Below are positions 63,186 through 64,000 of a DNA stretch of 64,000 bases, piece by piece. The stretch comes from Bacteroidales bacterium. Lineage in GTDB: Bacteria > Bacteroidota > Bacteroidia > Bacteroidales > JAFGHD01. Position numbers and translations under genes: made by a program. The first letter of the stretch is position 1; the number at the start of each line of letters is the position of its first letter. The DNA is taken from the NCBI GenBank assembly GCA_016939365.1, contig JAFGHD010000002.1, forward strand, positions 72,787 through 136,786. The letters are read 5' to 3'. A model generated the notes under the pieces. The model was not told the DNA's origin and ran no database searches. It was given only the letters and a program-made list of their open reading frames with translations.

Positions 63186-64000
63186 TCAGTGGATCAATCT
63201 GAATGTCTTGTTCCAGCGTATCTTCCCTCCGAAGAGCGGTTTGTCGGGATCCAAAGATAGCCAGACAAACACCGCCTTCCCCACCACATGGTCTTCAGGC
63301 ACAAAGCCCCAGAACCTGGAGTCAGCAGAGTTATGCCGGTTGTCTCCCATCATCCAGTAATAATCCATCCGGAAGGTATAGGTATCGGCCTTTTCGCCGT
63401 TGATATAAATCTCCCCGTCAACAATATTCAGTTCATTGCCTTCATAAACAGTAATGATCCTCTCATACAGGGAGATATTTTCAAGGCTGATCGGCACGGT
63501 GGTTCCCTTCTGGGGAATATAGACCGGTCCGAAATTGTCAAGATTCCATGGGTAACGTTCATCAAAAGGGAAAAGAACAGGGAACCACATTCCCTTGGGT
63601 GCGATCTGGCGTTCAACTTTCCTGACCACCGGTATGCTTTCAATCCTTTCTGCGGCTATATTTGTCAAAGGAAGCTCTGAATACTTGACGAACATCTGCT
63701 GGTAATCTTCGCCGGAAATTTCGAGCTCATCCTGAATATCGCGATGGATAGGGCCTGTTGCGGAAATGCTGTATTTGAACTGTCCCTTTTCGGGGAAAGG
63801 CAGAAGGCGTCCGTTTATGTAGACCTCCTGGTTGATGATCTCAAGGGTGTCGCCGGGAATGCCGATACAACGCTTGATATAATTTTCCCTTTTATCCACC
63901 GGACGGTAAATAATATTGCCGAATTTCCTCTTGTTTCTCCATACTTCATCCCTGCCGTATTCCTTAACCAGGACATAATAGCTCCTCTCACTCTGAAAAC
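63186..64000 (-). CDS. lepB: Signal peptidase I (C-terminal part; the 5' end lies beyond the right edge of the window)
   Basis: KRENYIKRCIGIPGDTLEI and MMGDNRHNSADSRFWGFVPEDHVVGKAVFVWLS are the S26 boxes. The frame stays open upstream of the GTG at 63899, all the way to position 64000 (…YYVLVKEYGRDEVWRNKRKFGNIIYRPVDKRENY). Confidence 0.85.
   Translation of the reverse strand, partial: FQSERSYYVLVKEYGRDEVWRNKRKFGNIIYRPVDKRENYIKRCIGIPGDTLEIINQEVYINGRLLPFPEKGQFKYSISATGPIHRDIQDELEISGEDYQQMFVKYSELPLTNIAAERIESIPVVRKVERQIAPKGMWFPVLFPFDERYPWNLDNFGPVYIPQKGTTVPISLENISLYERIITVYEGNELNIVDGEIYINGEKADTYTFRMDYYWMMGDNRHNSADSRFWGFVPEDHVVGKAVFVWLSLDPDKPLFGGKIRWNKTFRLIH

Noticed and set aside
1-64000. Search for CRISPR arrays, rRNA genes, transposases or IS ends, integrases, restriction-modification, toxin-antitoxin or other recognisable defence genes.
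   Set aside because: I saw no regularly spaced direct repeats and no ORF with the corresponding motifs. This was only a visual scan of 64 kb, so short or degenerate elements could have been missed.
1-64000. In-frame TGA (selenocysteine) recoding, given the presence of selD.
   Set aside because: No pair of adjacent same-frame ORFs separated by a single TGA within a recognisable protein family was noticed. SelD itself and the CxxC proteins here use Cys. A proper check needs SECIS and Sec-homology searches.

Overview
This 64-kb window looks like a chromosomal segment of a Bacteroidota-type genome. Three observations support that: several proteins end in type IX secretion (T9SS) C-terminal sorting domains, many genes are preceded by the Bacteroidetes TAnnTTTG -7 promoter motif, and coding regions run at about 50% GC by eye (one coding line counted at 32/60 G+C). 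The window is gene dense. I call about 55 protein genes, one tRNA-Lys(UUU) and one multiply frameshifted pseudogene.

Most genes are housekeeping:
- DNA metabolism and cell division: uvrD/pcrA, dnaE, parE, ftsK.
- Export and envelope: lolA, lepB, yajC.
- Biosynthesis and central metabolism: serC-serA, sucC, ndk, purB, pyrK-pyrD, aroK, coaE.
- Other: nrnA, trxA, cdaA, tsaC, nnr, rlmD.

The less ordinary content is as follows:
1. An 8.5-kb minus-strand array of three surface-protein genes (17049-25586) carries four copies of a ~150-185 aa N-terminal module that I cannot assign to a named family. The array sits directly downstream of a 769-bp, extremely AT-rich, ORF-free island (25587-26355).
2. 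A secreted C10 (streptopain-like) cysteine peptidase has two CUB domains and a canonical two-repeat dockerin-type Ca-binding signature, but no T9SS sorting domain.
3. A selenium module consists of selU plus a single ORF that fuses a NifS-like PLP enzyme to SelD.
4. A citrate-lyase locus has CitD fused to CitE, followed by CitF, with no citC/citG/citX nearby.
5. The serC-serA cluster is linked to a DUF1015 gene and interrupted by a four-helix-bundle (23S rRNA IVS family) gene.
6. A TonB-dependent-receptor-like pseudogene remnant is present.

I saw no CRISPR array, rRNA, transposase, integrase or recognisable defence system. All functional calls rest on motif and family recognition by eye from the translated ORFs. 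No database search was run.
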